NCBI GenBank assembly: GCA_963801355.1
Contig: CAWDEM010000004.1
Span: forward strand, 416,001 to 480,000
Source: Ignavibacteriota bacterium
GTDB lineage: Bacteria; Bacteroidota; Ignavibacteria; UBA10030; UBA6906
DNA length: 64,000 bases
Reading direction: 5' to 3'
The translations under genes were made by a program, and so were the position numbers. The notes beneath the pieces are model-generated. The model saw only the letters and a list, made by a program, of their open reading frames with translations, had not been told where the DNA came from and did not search any database. Positions within the stretch are counted from its first letter, which is position 1. Every line of letters starts with the position of its first letter. Shown one piece after another: positions 1-10,765 of the stretch.

Positions 1-73
1 TTGAACAATGCAAGGATGCGCACCGCAAGCCAGAACAGCGGAATGAAGAGAGCGCTATAAAGAAACTTCCAGA

Positions 74-1144
74 TCATGAATACGTTGCCTCGCGGGAAAG
101 GAGCTCGTCGGTTGCGCGGACGAGTTGGTCGACGGTGATATCCTTCATGCAGCGAAAATGGCCGCGGGGGCACCGGTCGCGCCCGATGTGCGTGCACGGG
201 CGGCATCGCAGGCCGTCGGTCTCGATGACCCGGGCATCGGTGCCGAAAGGAAAAAATCCAAACTGTCGGACCGTGGATCCAAACAGAGCAGCAACTTTCC
301 GCTTCCGTGCTGCGGCGATATGCATCAACCCCGAATCGTTCGAAATCACCAGCGCGCAGGCATCCATTGCCGCGGCGGTCTCGAGCAGGGTGAGTTCTCC
401 CGCCAGCACAACGACAGGCACGCCGGGGGACTGTTCACGGATTGTCGCAGCAATAGCGTCACAGCGCGCACGCTCTCCGGCACTGCCGAACAGCAACACG
501 GGCAATCCATGGGACATTCCCAGGATGCCGGCGGCGGCGGCGAATCGTTCGGGAAGCCACATCTTGGTCGCGTGCCGTGCGGACGGGCAAATGCCCAGGG
601 CTGGTCGTGCCGGACTGATGCCGTGTTCGCGCAACCTGTGAGCGGTACGGTTCCGCACATCCTCCGGTATAAAAATCTCCAGACCCGCCCCGTCATCGAC
701 CACACCGAACGGTGACACCGGCTCGCAGTAACGCCGGGCGACACCCGGCGCTCCCCCGCAACGCGCATACAGGTCCAGCTTGCAGCATACCAGCACCGAT
801 CGCGCAAACCTGCGCTTCCGAATTCGCACGACATGCGGTGCACCCAGGCAGAGCACTCTGCTGCGAAGACTGTCGTGGATATCGATCAGGAGGTCATAGC
901 CGGATTCCCCGATGTTCTGTCGGAGGCGGCGAAGGTCGGCCAGAGTGCCGTGCGACGGGAACACTCGCGTCTGTGAAATGTGAGGATTGTAGCGGACAAG
1001 GTCCGCATACTCCTCCTTCACCAGATACTCGATCTGACACTGCGGGAACCGGGAGTGAAGCACACGGATCAGCAGGGACGAGAGAACAATGTCGCCGACG
1101 GAACTTAACCGGACGATGAGTGTTTTATTCAGTATACGCTCCAT
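74..1144 (-). CDS. waaF: Glycosyltransferase family 9 (LPS heptosyltransferase II-like)
   Basis: LIVRLSSVGD start, NDSGLMHIAAA, LFGST and C-terminal CRPC...CPRGHFRCM motifs; start moved to the MERILNK ATG. Confidence 0.85.
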   Translation of the reverse strand: MERILNKTLIVRLSSVGDIVLSSLLIRVLHSRFPQCQIEYLVKEEYADLVRYNPHISQTRVFPSHGTLADLRRLRQNIGESGYDLLIDIHDSLRSRVLCLGAPHVVRIRKRRFARSVLVCCKLDLYARCGGAPGVARRYCEPVSPFGVVDDGAGLEIFIPEDVRNRTAHRLREHGISPARPALGICPSARHATKMWLPERFAAAAGILGMSHGLPVLLFGSAGERARCDAIAATIREQSPGVPVVVLAGELTLLETAAAMDACALVISNDSGLMHIAAARKRKVAALFGSTVRQFGFFPFGTDARVIETDGLRCRPCTHIGRDRCPRGHFRCMKDITVDQLVRATDELLSREATYS

Positions 1145-1223
1145 GCCGGTTGCGCGGTATGGTACCAAATTTCCCCAGCAATTGCAACGAACGGCACAGG
1201 GCTGTTCGAGGAGGTGTTACGCG

Positions 1224-2732
1224 ATGCATCGTCCGGCCACGGTGGGTGAACTCCGCACGAGCGGATACGTCGTTCGTCCGGTGAAAGATGAGCTCAGGGA
1301 GAATCTGATCGCCCGGCTCCGGCACAGTGAGCCGCTGTTTCCGGGGATCATCGGCTACGATCAGACCGTCATTCCCGCGCTCGTCAACGCCATCCTCGCA
1401 CGTCATGACATCATTCTTCTTGGATTGCGCGGACAAGCGAAAACCCGCATCGTCCGGCAGCTGCACATGCTCCTCGACGAGTATGTGCCGGTCATCGCCG
1501 GGAGCGAGATCAACGACAATCCGTACGCTCCCGTGAGCAGGTACGCGGTCGATCTCGTGCGGGAGAAGGGTGACAACACTCCGGTTGAATGGCTGCATCG
1601 GAGCCAGCGTTACGGCGAGAAGCTGGCGACACCGGACGTGACCATTGCCGACCTCATCGGGGACATTGATCCGATCAAAGCCGCGACGCAGCGGCTCCAC
1701 TATGCCCACGAGGGCGCAATCCATTTCGGCATCATTCCGCGCACGAACCGCGGTATCTTTGCGATCAATGAGCTTCCGGATCTCCAGCCACGGATCCAGG
1801 TCGGACTCTTCAACATCCTTGAAGAGAAGGATATACAGATCCGGGGCTTCAACATCCGCATCCCGATGGATATCATGCTCGTGTTCACCGCGAATCCCGA
1901 GGACTACACGAACCGGGGCAATATCATCACGCCGCTCAAAGACCGGATCGATTCGCAGATCATGACGCACTATCCGCGCTCGCTCGATGACGCCATCCGG
2001 ATCACCGAACAGGAAGCGCATGTGGCACGCAACGGCAAAGAGATCCGCATCCCCAGGTTCTTCAAGGAGATCGTGGAGCATGTGGCCCTCGAGGCGCGGA
2101 CCAGCGAATTTGTCGACCAGAAATCCGGTGTGAGCGCGCGGCTGACCATCTCCGCAATGGAAAATCTCGTGAGCAACGCAGAGCGCCGCGCAATCATCAC
2201 AGGGGATCCGGTGGTGATCCCCCGGCTGTGTGACCTTCCCCATATCCTTCCGGGCGTCACCGGGAAGATCGAGCTGGTGTTTGAGGGGGAACAGGAAGGG
2301 AGTGTGAAGGTCGGCCGGGCGCTCATCGGAAAGGCCGTCCGTGAGACGTTCAAGCGGCACTTCCCGGATCCGCTGCGGAAACCACCGAGGCAGAAGGGCG
2401 AACAACCCGGCCACCGCATCGCGGACGAGACGGGGTACGCCGCCATCATCTCATGGTTCGAAGGCGGCAACGCGGTCGAAATCACTGATGACATGCCGTG
2501 TGCGGCCTACCGGCGCGAGCTCGAAAAGGTCCGCGGCCTCCGCGAGGTTGCACTGCGCTGCATGCCGGAGGCTGAACCCAAGTATGAACTCCCGGTTGTC
2601 ATGGAGCTGATCCTTGACGGTCTGCATCAGAACTCCAAAATTGCAAAGGACGAGGTCGACCACCACACATCGTACAAAGACATGATCGGGAGCATCTTTC
2701 CCGCAAACGCAAGGATCAACGAAGAGGACTGA
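1224..2732 (+). CDS. Mg-chelatase subunit I-like / MoxR-type AAA+ ATPase
   Basis: Walker A-like GLRGQAKT, AINELPDL, TANPEDY; GAGGAGG RBS upstream of ATG 1224. Confidence 0.85.
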   Translation: MHRPATVGELRTSGYVVRPVKDELRENLIARLRHSEPLFPGIIGYDQTVIPALVNAILARHDIILLGLRGQAKTRIVRQLHMLLDEYVPVIAGSEINDNPYAPVSRYAVDLVREKGDNTPVEWLHRSQRYGEKLATPDVTIADLIGDIDPIKAATQRLHYAHEGAIHFGIIPRTNRGIFAINELPDLQPRIQVGLFNILEEKDIQIRGFNIRIPMDIMLVFTANPEDYTNRGNIITPLKDRIDSQIMTHYPRSLDDAIRITEQEAHVARNGKEIRIPRFFKEIVEHVALEARTSEFVDQKSGVSARLTISAMENLVSNAERRAIITGDPVVIPRLCDLPHILPGVTGKIELVFEGEQEGSVKVGRALIGKAVRETFKRHFPDPLRKPPRQKGEQPGHRIADETGYAAIISWFEGGNAVEITDDMPCAAYRRELEKVRGLREVALRCMPEAEPKYELPVVMELILDGLHQNSKIAKDEVDHHTSYKDMIGSIFPANARINEED

Positions 2733-2796
2733 CCATGGAGCGTGAAGCACACTCATCCGGAATGGTGGAACCGCTGGCACAGCTGGGTCCGGATCA

Positions 2797-3894
2797 ATGA
2801 GATTCAGATATGCACAGTGGCAGGAAGATTCCTCCACGGATGAGTCACGATTGCAGAAGCTCGTATCGCTGTTCAGCTATCTGGTGACGCAAACCAGCGG
2901 TGATGTCGGTGAGGCCCTGGATTGGTTGCGGCAGGTCGCGGAGGAGTACGGGCTGTTTGATGATGATCTGTCAATGGATGACCTCATCGACAAGCTCCGT
3001 GAGATGGGGCTCATTGCCGACACACGGTCGGGCATGCAGCTGACCCCTGCGGGAGTGAAGCGCATCCGGCAGGATGCACTCAATGAAATCTTCACGTCCC
3101 TCCGGCACTCCCCGGCCGGCACGCACGATACCCGCGTGACGGGTGCAGGAACCGACCGTGTGAGCGAGACGAAGAAATTCACCTTTGGCGATCAGCCGAC
3201 CAACATCGACCTGACCACGACATTGTCCAATGCCTTCCGGCGCAATGGGATTGACGAGTTCATGCTGGAGGAAGAGGATCTCGAAGTGTATGAGACCGAG
3301 TACCAGGCCCAGTGTGCAACAGTCCTGATGCTCGACATCAGTCACAGTATGATTCTGTACGGTGAGGATCGCATCACGCCTGCCAAACGTGTCGCTCTCG
3401 CTCTGTCCGAATTGATTACGACCCGCTTCCCCCGGGATTACCTTGCCCTGATAGCCTTCGGCGACGAAGCGCAGGTGCTGAGCCTTGCGGAGTTGCCGTT
3501 TCTGACCGTGGGTCCGTTCCACACAAACACCCGTGCCGGCCTGCAGCTTGCGCGGAATCTCTTGCGTCGGCGCGTCGGCGAGAACAAACAGATATTCATG
3601 ATCACGGACGGCAAACCCTCTGCGATCACGCTTCCCACCGGGAAGCTCTTCAAGAATGCGTTTGGCCTTGATCCAAAAATCGTGAACAAGACTCTAGACG
3701 AAGCCGTCGCATGCAGGCGTGAAAAGATTCCCATCACGACCTTTATGGTGGCGCAGGACCCGCTGCTGGTCAACTTTGTTGAAGAACTCGCGAAGGCCAA
3801 CCACGGCCGGGCGTATTTTTCGTCGACCGGGAACCTTGCGGAGTGTGTGTTTGTGGACTATATCCGGAACAGAAAGAAACGTTTCACCGGGTAA
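2797..3894 (+). CDS. VWA-domain protein, partner of the AAA ATPase
   Basis: MIDAS motif DISHSM, TNT, ITDG. Confidence 0.85.
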   Translation: MRFRYAQWQEDSSTDESRLQKLVSLFSYLVTQTSGDVGEALDWLRQVAEEYGLFDDDLSMDDLIDKLREMGLIADTRSGMQLTPAGVKRIRQDALNEIFTSLRHSPAGTHDTRVTGAGTDRVSETKKFTFGDQPTNIDLTTTLSNAFRRNGIDEFMLEEEDLEVYETEYQAQCATVLMLDISHSMILYGEDRITPAKRVALALSELITTRFPRDYLALIAFGDEAQVLSLAELPFLTVGPFHTNTRAGLQLARNLLRRRVGENKQIFMITDGKPSAITLPTGKLFKNAFGLDPKIVNKTLDEAVACRREKIPITTFMVAQDPLLVNFVEELAKANHGRAYFSSTGNLAECVFVDYIRNRKKRFTG

Positions 3895-5548
3895 GCGCCT
3901 CCACCAGGACCCGTCCCTGCCGGCCGGGAGTAAATCCGGCGCCCGTGAGTGCGGAGAGCGTCGGTGCGATGTCGGCGGGCGACGCCTCTGCCGCATAGAC
4001 CCCTCTCCTGACTCCCGGACCCATGAACAACAGCGGTACATGAGCATCGAATTCGTACGGCCGCCCGTGTGACGCACCCTCGTCGTGTCCTGCATCGCTG
4101 CGAAGCGGCGTAAAGAAAAACATCACATCACCGCTTCGTGTACGGGAGTAGCTGTTCTTCGCGCGTGTTTCGAGGGAAGTGAACGGGACCAGGTGCTCCA
4201 TCTCTTCCCGGGTATACGCCGCTGCGACGCCGTCGAACCCCTTGAGTACACGCGTGATCAGGAGCGCTGCCTGCTCCACGCCAATGTCGCGACCGGCAAG
4301 AGCTGTTCTGGAAAACGTCACGCTGTTGTTGTACTTCGCGTCGATCCACGGCGTTCCTCCGGGCGGGGCGCCGTATGTCGCCGTGAGTGAGCTTTCGCAG
4401 GCTGCAATTACTGCAGCGCCTGACAGACGCCGCATAATGTCACGTCCTGAGGCGGAAGCGAGATACCCGGGAACGGGGCTGACTCCATGGTCGCTGCTCA
4501 GGGTGATGAGACAATGTGCAAGTCCAACCTCCCTGTCGAGAAACCGGAGGAATTCACCGATGATGCGGTCCATCTGCACCAGCATCTCCAGTATCTCCCA
4601 GCTGTGCGGTCCGAACGCGTGACCGACGTAATCGGCGCTGGAAAAACTGACGCACAACAGATCGGTGACACCCCGTTGACCGAGTTTTTCCCCGCGGACC
4701 GCCTCCCGGGCGAGGCCGGCAAGGGCCTCGCTTCCGTAGGGGCTTGTCAATAGGGCCGAATAATACGACGGGGTGCGCCGCGTGGTGTCGCTTCCGGTGA
4801 TACGATGGGGGAATGTGGTCCCCATGCCGTTGCCGCCGTCTTCATAGGGTGCATCATCCTTGTCCATTGCGCGGAAAGCGGAGAGCGGAAGAGAGCGTTT
4901 CCAGACCCGCCCGAAAAAGCCGTTGACAATGCCGGAAGCGTTAAAGCGGCGTGCCCAGGCGGGGAGATCCGTGCCGTAGTAGGACGACGTGACAAATGCG
5001 GAGTCGCGCATCCAGAGAGCTGCATTGGCGTATTTTCCCCCGAGAAGGATGGCCGCGCGATCCTTGTTGGAAAGCGAAATCACCTTGCCCTGAAATCCCG
5101 TGCTGATCCGGAGCTGGTCGCCGAATGTCAGCGTCTGGAGGTTCGCGGGTGACCTCCCCTGTCCCTGTCCCCCGATGATTGTTGTTGTCGTATCCGCGAC
5201 GCAATAAACCGTACGCCCGGCCAGGTTGTCCCACCAGGAGTTGCCCACTATTCCGTTGACGCGGCCATAGGCACCGGTTGACAGCACGGCATGGCCGGGA
5301 CCGGTCGATGTGTTTGCATGTGCAAACACCACATTGGTGAATAACGCACCGTTGTTCATCAACCGGACGAACCCATCGGAACCGAAGTGTTGACGGAATC
5401 GCGGCATGAAATCATAAGGAAGTTGGTCAAGAACGATGAACACGACGAGACGAGGGGCGGATGATTGCGGCGTACCCGCGGGGGAAGCCATTGCGAGAAT
5501 CAGAAGCTGAAGCAACAGAAGAAGTCCCCGATGACAGAGCCTGGTCAT
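3884..5548 (-). CDS. Alkaline phosphatase family protein (PafA-like)
   Basis: Signal peptide, VLDQ, TSTGPGHA, DYVGHAFGP, SSDHG, HG...DAHVP. Confidence 0.85.
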   Translation of the reverse strand: MTRLCHRGLLLLLQLLILAMASPAGTPQSSAPRLVVFIVLDQLPYDFMPRFRQHFGSDGFVRLMNNGALFTNVVFAHANTSTGPGHAVLSTGAYGRVNGIVGNSWWDNLAGRTVYCVADTTTTIIGGQGQGRSPANLQTLTFGDQLRISTGFQGKVISLSNKDRAAILLGGKYANAALWMRDSAFVTSSYYGTDLPAWARRFNASGIVNGFFGRVWKRSLPLSAFRAMDKDDAPYEDGGNGMGTTFPHRITGSDTTRRTPSYYSALLTSPYGSEALAGLAREAVRGEKLGQRGVTDLLCVSFSSADYVGHAFGPHSWEILEMLVQMDRIIGEFLRFLDREVGLAHCLITLSSDHGVSPVPGYLASASGRDIMRRLSGAAVIAACESSLTATYGAPPGGTPWIDAKYNNSVTFSRTALAGRDIGVEQAALLITRVLKGFDGVAAAYTREEMEHLVPFTSLETRAKNSYSRTRSGDVMFFFTPLRSDAGHDEGASHGRPYEFDAHVPLLFMGPGVRRGVYAAEASPADIAPTLSALTGAGFTPGRQGRVLVEALTR

Positions 5549-5659
5549 GATGTTCTCCGGAAGGAAGTCAATAAGACAAAATATCCTCAAGATGGAGAGC
5601 CAATGTCAAGTAGAAAGTGGTCACTTGAATCTCAGGGGAATATTCTGCACTTTGGCATC

Positions 5660-6412
5660 ATGCTCCTCATTCTCCCCGCAATTGACATCAAGGGTGGTCG
5701 CGTCGTTCAGATGGTGCAAGGAGTTGAAGGCTTTGCCTATTCGGATGACGCCGTCGAAATGGCGCGTCTGTGCAGGCTGGAAAATGCCAAGACGTTGCAC
5801 ATCACCGATATTGATGGTGCGTTGACCGGCCGGCCGGTCAACACCGACACCATCCGCCGGATGATCGCAAGTGTGGATATTCCGCTGTCCATCGGAGGTG
5901 GATTCCGGACATTTGATGATGTCCGTGATGCCTTTGACCAGGGCGCATACAGGGTGCGTCTTGCCACGATGATGATCGAGAATCCGGACGAAACCAGGCG
6001 CGTGCTTGACACCTACGGTCCCAGCAAGGTGATTCTCAATATTGATGCAATGGATGGCATTGCGGCAATGCGTGGCTGGTCTGAATCGTCCGGGCTGCCG
6101 GCCCTGACGGTCGCCCTCAACGCCAAAGCGCTGGGGTTCCGGCGTCTCGTGTACACGGATATACACCTCGATGGCACGCTCGGCGGGGTTAATCTCGAAA
6201 TGCTCCGGGAGCTCGCGGAGAAAACGGGTATGCGTGTGACGTCCGCCGGAGGTGTCGGCGGCCTTGAGGATCTTTTGAAAATCCAGGAACTGGAGTCTTT
6301 TGGGGTGGATTCCGTTGTCGTCGGCCGCGCCCTGTATCAGAATAAATTCTCCTGCCAGGCGCTCTGGCGCGTTTGCGAGGCGTACAATTATCCCTATACA
6401 GCACGTGTGTGA
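5660..6412 (+). CDS. hisA: ProFAR isomerase HisA
   Basis: ILPAIDIKGG, HITDIDGA, GGGFRT, TDIHLDGTLGG, VGRALY. Confidence 0.9.
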   Translation: MLLILPAIDIKGGRVVQMVQGVEGFAYSDDAVEMARLCRLENAKTLHITDIDGALTGRPVNTDTIRRMIASVDIPLSIGGGFRTFDDVRDAFDQGAYRVRLATMMIENPDETRRVLDTYGPSKVILNIDAMDGIAAMRGWSESSGLPALTVALNAKALGFRRLVYTDIHLDGTLGGVNLEMLRELAEKTGMRVTSAGGVGGLEDLLKIQELESFGVDSVVVGRALYQNKFSCQALWRVCEAYNYPYTARV

Positions 6413-6414
6413 CC

Positions 6415-6873
6415 ATGAACAAAGTCGCCATACTCATCGGCAGCAAATCTGACGAAGACGTGATGAAAGGGTGCACGGAGTATCTCACGCGGTTCGGAAT
6501 CCCGTACGAACTGAAGGTGCTTTCCGCGCACCGCAATCCCGATGCGGCCGCAGCGTTCGTGAAGGAAGCACCAACGGCAGGATTTACGCTGTTCATAGCC
6601 GCTGCCGGCATGGCCGCGCACCTTCCCGGGTTTGTCGCCGCATTGACGACGTTGCCGGTGATCGGCGTACCCCTGGCAGGTTCAGAGTTGCACGGTGTGG
6701 ACGCGCTGTATTCCATCGTCCAGATGCCGGCGGGGATCCCTGTTGCCACGGTTGCCGTGGGATCGGCAGGGGCGAAGAATGCAGCTGTGCTCGCTGCGGA
6801 GATCCTTGCACTCCACGATGATGACCTGGCTACGAAGCTTCGAGATTTCCGCGCCCATGGCGCGAAATTCTGA
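6415..6873 (+). CDS. purE: N5-CAIR mutase
   Basis: GSKSD, SAHRNP, AGMAAHLPG, SIVQMPAGIPVAT. Confidence 0.95.
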   Translation: MNKVAILIGSKSDEDVMKGCTEYLTRFGIPYELKVLSAHRNPDAAAAFVKEAPTAGFTLFIAAAGMAAHLPGFVAALTTLPVIGVPLAGSELHGVDALYSIVQMPAGIPVATVAVGSAGAKNAAVLAAEILALHDDDLATKLRDFRAHGAKF

Positions 6874-6876
6874 ACC

Positions 6877-7743
6877 ATGAGACTCCTGGTGTTGGGTCAT
6901 CTTTCCCTCGATGTCCTCCATCCGATCGAAGGCAACGAACTGGAGGAGCCCGGGGGGCTCTTTCGCTCCGTGGCGGTGCTCTCGTCACTTTGCAATAAGT
7001 CCGACCGCATCGTTCCCGTGGCGGGCGTGGGGACAAAGGAATACGCCCAGATTGTCACGCGCTTCGAAGCAATGCCCTGCGTCGAAACCGGCGGGCTATT
7101 CCGTCAGAATGTGCCGATCCACCGCGTACATTACTACTTCCGGAATGCACAGGATGTTGTCGAATGTGCCCGGGAGCTTGCTCCACCGATTCCGTTCCAG
7201 CGCATTAAGCCACACCTCGATGTCGATGGCATCCTGATCAATATGGTGTCCGGTGCCGACATCGCGCTCGAGACGCTCGATGAAATCCGGATGGCCGTGC
7301 GCAATGATGGTATCCCGATCCATCTCGACTACCATAATCTTACCACCGCTGTCAATGACCGTCAGGAGCGCATTCGCAGACCACTTGTGGAATGGCGCCG
7401 ATGGGCATTTATGATGGATACGGTGCAGTGCAACGAAGAAGAAATCGCCAGTCTGACCATGGAAGGGCTGCCGGAGCTGGCAACGATCGGCCACATGATG
7501 ATGCTGGGGGTCAAAGCGGTCCTGGTGACCCGCGATGCCCGCGGCGTCACGCTGTATACCAGCCAGCACAAGAGCGTGGTACGCGAGGACATTCCCGTGC
7601 CGGCCGGTGGCGGATCCCGGCTGGTGATCGGACACGGCGATGTCTTCGGCGCGGCATTCTGGCTTTTGTACCGCAAGTCCCGTGATCTGCTTGCCTCCGC
7701 CACAGAAGCGGTCCGGTACGTCGCGGAACACAAACGCTTCTGA
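6877..7743 (+). CDS. PfkB/ribokinase-like carbohydrate kinase
   Basis: N-terminal GHLSLD, QCNEEE, C-terminal IGHGDVFGA. Confidence 0.7.
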   Translation: MRLLVLGHLSLDVLHPIEGNELEEPGGLFRSVAVLSSLCNKSDRIVPVAGVGTKEYAQIVTRFEAMPCVETGGLFRQNVPIHRVHYYFRNAQDVVECARELAPPIPFQRIKPHLDVDGILINMVSGADIALETLDEIRMAVRNDGIPIHLDYHNLTTAVNDRQERIRRPLVEWRRWAFMMDTVQCNEEEIASLTMEGLPELATIGHMMMLGVKAVLVTRDARGVTLYTSQHKSVVREDIPVPAGGGSRLVIGHGDVFGAAFWLLYRKSRDLLASATEAVRYVAEHKRF

Positions 7744-7757
7744 CAAGGAGACGCCCC

Positions 7758-8492
7758 GTGAATATTGCGCTCATCGGTTACGGTAAGATGGGGAAAGAAG
7801 TAGAGAATGCCGCTGTTGGCCTCCGGATCAAGGTCAGCGCGGTCTTTGATGAGAACAACAACAGGGGCGGTGCCGGTCTGACGAAGGAATCCTTGAAGGG
7901 GGTCGACGTGTGCATCGAGTTTTCCACCCCCGCCACGGTACTGGACAACATCAGGGCAGTGATTGCGTCCGGAAAGAATATCGTTGTCGGTACGACGGGA
8001 TGGTATAACCGGCTTGACGAGGTGAGGAAGCTCGTGAAGGAGAAAAAGACCGGGTTCCTGTATGCGCCGAATTTTGCGCTGGGGGTGAATATCTACTCGC
8101 AGATCGTCATGGATGCATCGCACCTGATGGACCGGTACGCGGACTACGATGTGGCGATGCAAGAAATGCACCAGCGTTCCAAAGCGGACAGCCCGAGCGG
8201 GACGGCACTCTCGATTGCCGGCGTCATACTCCAGAATTTGAAACGCAAGTCGGAGATTGTCACGGAGCTCGGCCACGAACCGATAAAGCCGCACCAGCTT
8301 CAGATCGGTGCATCACGGGTGGGAAATGTGTTGGCGCGTCACACCGTCATCTTTGACTCCGAGAGCGATACGATTGAACTGGTGCACACCATGAAGAACC
8401 GGCGGGGACTCGCGACCGGAGCGCTTGTGGCCGCGGAGTGGTTGAAAGGAAAGAAGGGGTTCTACACCATGCGGGATGTTGTACTGACATAG
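7758..8492 (+). CDS. dapB: 4-hydroxy-tetrahydrodipicolinate reductase
   Basis: IGYGKMG, VGTTG, APNFALG, EMHQRSKADSPSGTA. Confidence 0.92.
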   Translation: MNIALIGYGKMGKEVENAAVGLRIKVSAVFDENNNRGGAGLTKESLKGVDVCIEFSTPATVLDNIRAVIASGKNIVVGTTGWYNRLDEVRKLVKEKKTGFLYAPNFALGVNIYSQIVMDASHLMDRYADYDVAMQEMHQRSKADSPSGTALSIAGVILQNLKRKSEIVTELGHEPIKPHQLQIGASRVGNVLARHTVIFDSESDTIELVHTMKNRRGLATGALVAAEWLKGKKGFYTMRDVVLT

Positions 8493-8507
8493 CGGAGCGC
8501 CTCACGC

Positions 8508-9425
8508 ATGAACACGACCGTGGAACGCATACTTGTTGTAGGAAGCAACGGACTGCTCGGCCAGAAGATGGCCGAGCAACTTATTCGTGGTACATCGTAT
8601 CACATCACACTTGCATCGATTGAGCAGGCGCCGGTCCGGGAACTCGAATCCGCCCCGTATGTACAATTGGACATCACCGCTCACAAAGAGGTGCGTGCCC
8701 GCGTTGCAGACATCCGTCCGGATGTGATCATCAACTGTGCGGCGATGACGAATGTCGACGCATGCGAAACAGAGCGCGAGCTGGCGTGGAAAATCAACGT
8801 CAGCGGTGTGGAGTACCTTGCTGAGGCGGCCAAGAAGCACGGCGCCCGCATGGTGCATCTGTCCAGCGATTACGTGTTTGACGGCAAAACCGGCCCGTAT
8901 GCGGAAGACGACCGGCCCGAGCCGTTGAGCTACTACGGCAAATCGAAGCTCGCAAGCGAGAACGTGCTGCGGAGCGCGGGCATTCCGTACATCGTGGCCC
9001 GGAGTATGGTCCTGTACGGCCAGGCACCCGGCGTGAAAGCCAACTTCGCACTCTGGCTGATACAGAGTCTGCAGGCGCGTCAGACGGTGCGGATCGTTGA
9101 CGACCAGACCGGCAACCCCACGCTGGTCGATGATCTTGCGTACGGGCTCCTCCGCGCCGTCGAACTGGAGAAGACGGGACTCTACCACCTTGCCGGGCGC
9201 GATATACTCAGCCGGTACGAGTTCGCTGTCCGGCTGGCACGGGTGTTCGGACTTGATGAGGCACTGGTCCTTCCGATCAAGACCGCGTCATTGAAACAAC
9301 CAGCCGCCCGTCCGCTGAAATCCGGACTGATTACGCTTAAAGCCGAAGTAGAGCTCGGGTTCAAGCCCTCCTCCGTCGACCACGGGCTGGAGGTGCTGAA
9401 GAGTCAGTTGCGTTACGCGCGTTGA
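8508..9425 (+). CDS. rfbD: dTDP-4-dehydrorhamnose reductase
   Basis: GSNGLLG, NCAAMTNVDACE, SSDYVFDG, YGKSK, DQTGNPT. Confidence 0.9.
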   Translation: MNTTVERILVVGSNGLLGQKMAEQLIRGTSYHITLASIEQAPVRELESAPYVQLDITAHKEVRARVADIRPDVIINCAAMTNVDACETERELAWKINVSGVEYLAEAAKKHGARMVHLSSDYVFDGKTGPYAEDDRPEPLSYYGKSKLASENVLRSAGIPYIVARSMVLYGQAPGVKANFALWLIQSLQARQTVRIVDDQTGNPTLVDDLAYGLLRAVELEKTGLYHLAGRDILSRYEFAVRLARVFGLDEALVLPIKTASLKQPAARPLKSGLITLKAEVELGFKPSSVDHGLEVLKSQLRYAR

Positions 9426-9493
9426 ACGGCGGGCGTACGCCGGGCGGCCCGGGGTACGCGCCTTTCCCTGCACCAGATACCAGAGAACATCCT

Positions 9494-10762
9494 ATGCTCG
9501 ATATCAGACTTCTCCGGGAACACCCGGACCTCATTCGCGCAGGCATCATGCGCAAGGGCGAACAACCGGCGAACGTCGACGAGGCACTTGCTCTTGATGA
9601 ACAGCGCCGCCAGCTTTTGCAGCACGCAGAGGCGCTCAAGAGCAGGAAGAACACTGTATCGCAACAGGTCGCGGCAATGAAGGCGCGAAAAGAGGATGCC
9701 GGTGCCGTCATCGCCGAAATGCGCACCGTTGCGGAGGAGATCAAGAAGCTCGATAGCGACCTGCGCACCGTCGAAGACCGGTTGCACGCAACCATGCTGC
9801 AGATTCCGAATATTCCGCACGAGTCCGTTCCCGATGGCCGCACTCCCGCGGACAACAAGGAAATTGCCGTGTGGGGAGCCCCTCCCGTGATCGACTTTGT
9901 CCCCCGGCCGCACTGGGAACTTCTGGAGTCGCTGGGAATTGTGGACTTCGCCCGTGGCACCAAGATCACCGGGGCCGGTTTTCCCGTGTTCGTGGGGAAG
10001 GGCGCGAGGTTGGAGCGGGCACTGATCAACTTCTTCCTTGATGAGGCGGCGGCACAGGGATACACCGAACTCCTCCCTCCTCTCATGGTCAATGCGGCGA
10101 GTGCCACAGGGACGGGTCAGCTGCCCGACAAGGAAGGGCAGATGTACGCTGTTCCGGGCGATGAGCTCTATCTTGTCCCGACGGCCGAAGTCCCCGTGAC
10201 GAATTTCTATCGCGATGAGATGTTGCCGGAAACCCTGTTGCCGGTGAAGCTGTGTGCGTATACGCCCTGCTTCCGGCGGGAGGCAGGCTCGTACGGAAAG
10301 GATGTGCGCGGACTAAACAGAGTCCATCAGTTTGACAAGGTGGAACTGGTCAAACTGGTGCATCCCCGGGACTCGTATGATGAGCTGGAGGACATGCGTG
10401 TGTGCGCGGAACAGCTGCTCAGGAAACTTGAACTGCATTACCATGTGTTATTAATGTGCAGCGGCGATCTGGGATTCACGCAGACCAAGAAGTACGATCT
10501 CGAGGTCTGGTCCATTGGCCAGGGGAAGTGGCTTGAAGTATCATCCATCAGCAACTTCGAAGCGTTCCAGGCCCGCCGCCTGAATCTCCGCTTCCGCCCG
10601 GGTGCAGGAGGCAAACCGGAGTTCGTCCACACACTGAACGGATCGGCGCTGGCATTGCCGCGCATCGTTGCGGCGCTGCTGGAACAGAATCAGACACCGG
10701 AAGGGAAAGTCATTGTACCGCATGTGCTGCACAAGTACACCGGTTTCGAAATCATCGGGTGA
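9494..10762 (+). CDS. serS: Serine--tRNA ligase
   Basis: MLDIRL start, PTAEVP, FRREAGSYG, HQFDKVE, HTLNGS. Confidence 0.97.
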   Translation: MLDIRLLREHPDLIRAGIMRKGEQPANVDEALALDEQRRQLLQHAEALKSRKNTVSQQVAAMKARKEDAGAVIAEMRTVAEEIKKLDSDLRTVEDRLHATMLQIPNIPHESVPDGRTPADNKEIAVWGAPPVIDFVPRPHWELLESLGIVDFARGTKITGAGFPVFVGKGARLERALINFFLDEAAAQGYTELLPPLMVNAASATGTGQLPDKEGQMYAVPGDELYLVPTAEVPVTNFYRDEMLPETLLPVKLCAYTPCFRREAGSYGKDVRGLNRVHQFDKVELVKLVHPRDSYDELEDMRVCAEQLLRKLELHYHVLLMCSGDLGFTQTKKYDLEVWSIGQGKWLEVSSISNFEAFQARRLNLRFRPGAGGKPEFVHTLNGSALALPRIVAALLEQNQTPEGKVIVPHVLHKYTGFEIIG

Positions 10763-10765
10763 CGA

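Noticed and set aside
1224-3894. Mg-chelatase as a sign of photosynthesis
   Set aside because: No bch/chl genes nearby; this AAA+VWA pair is widespread in non-phototrophs.
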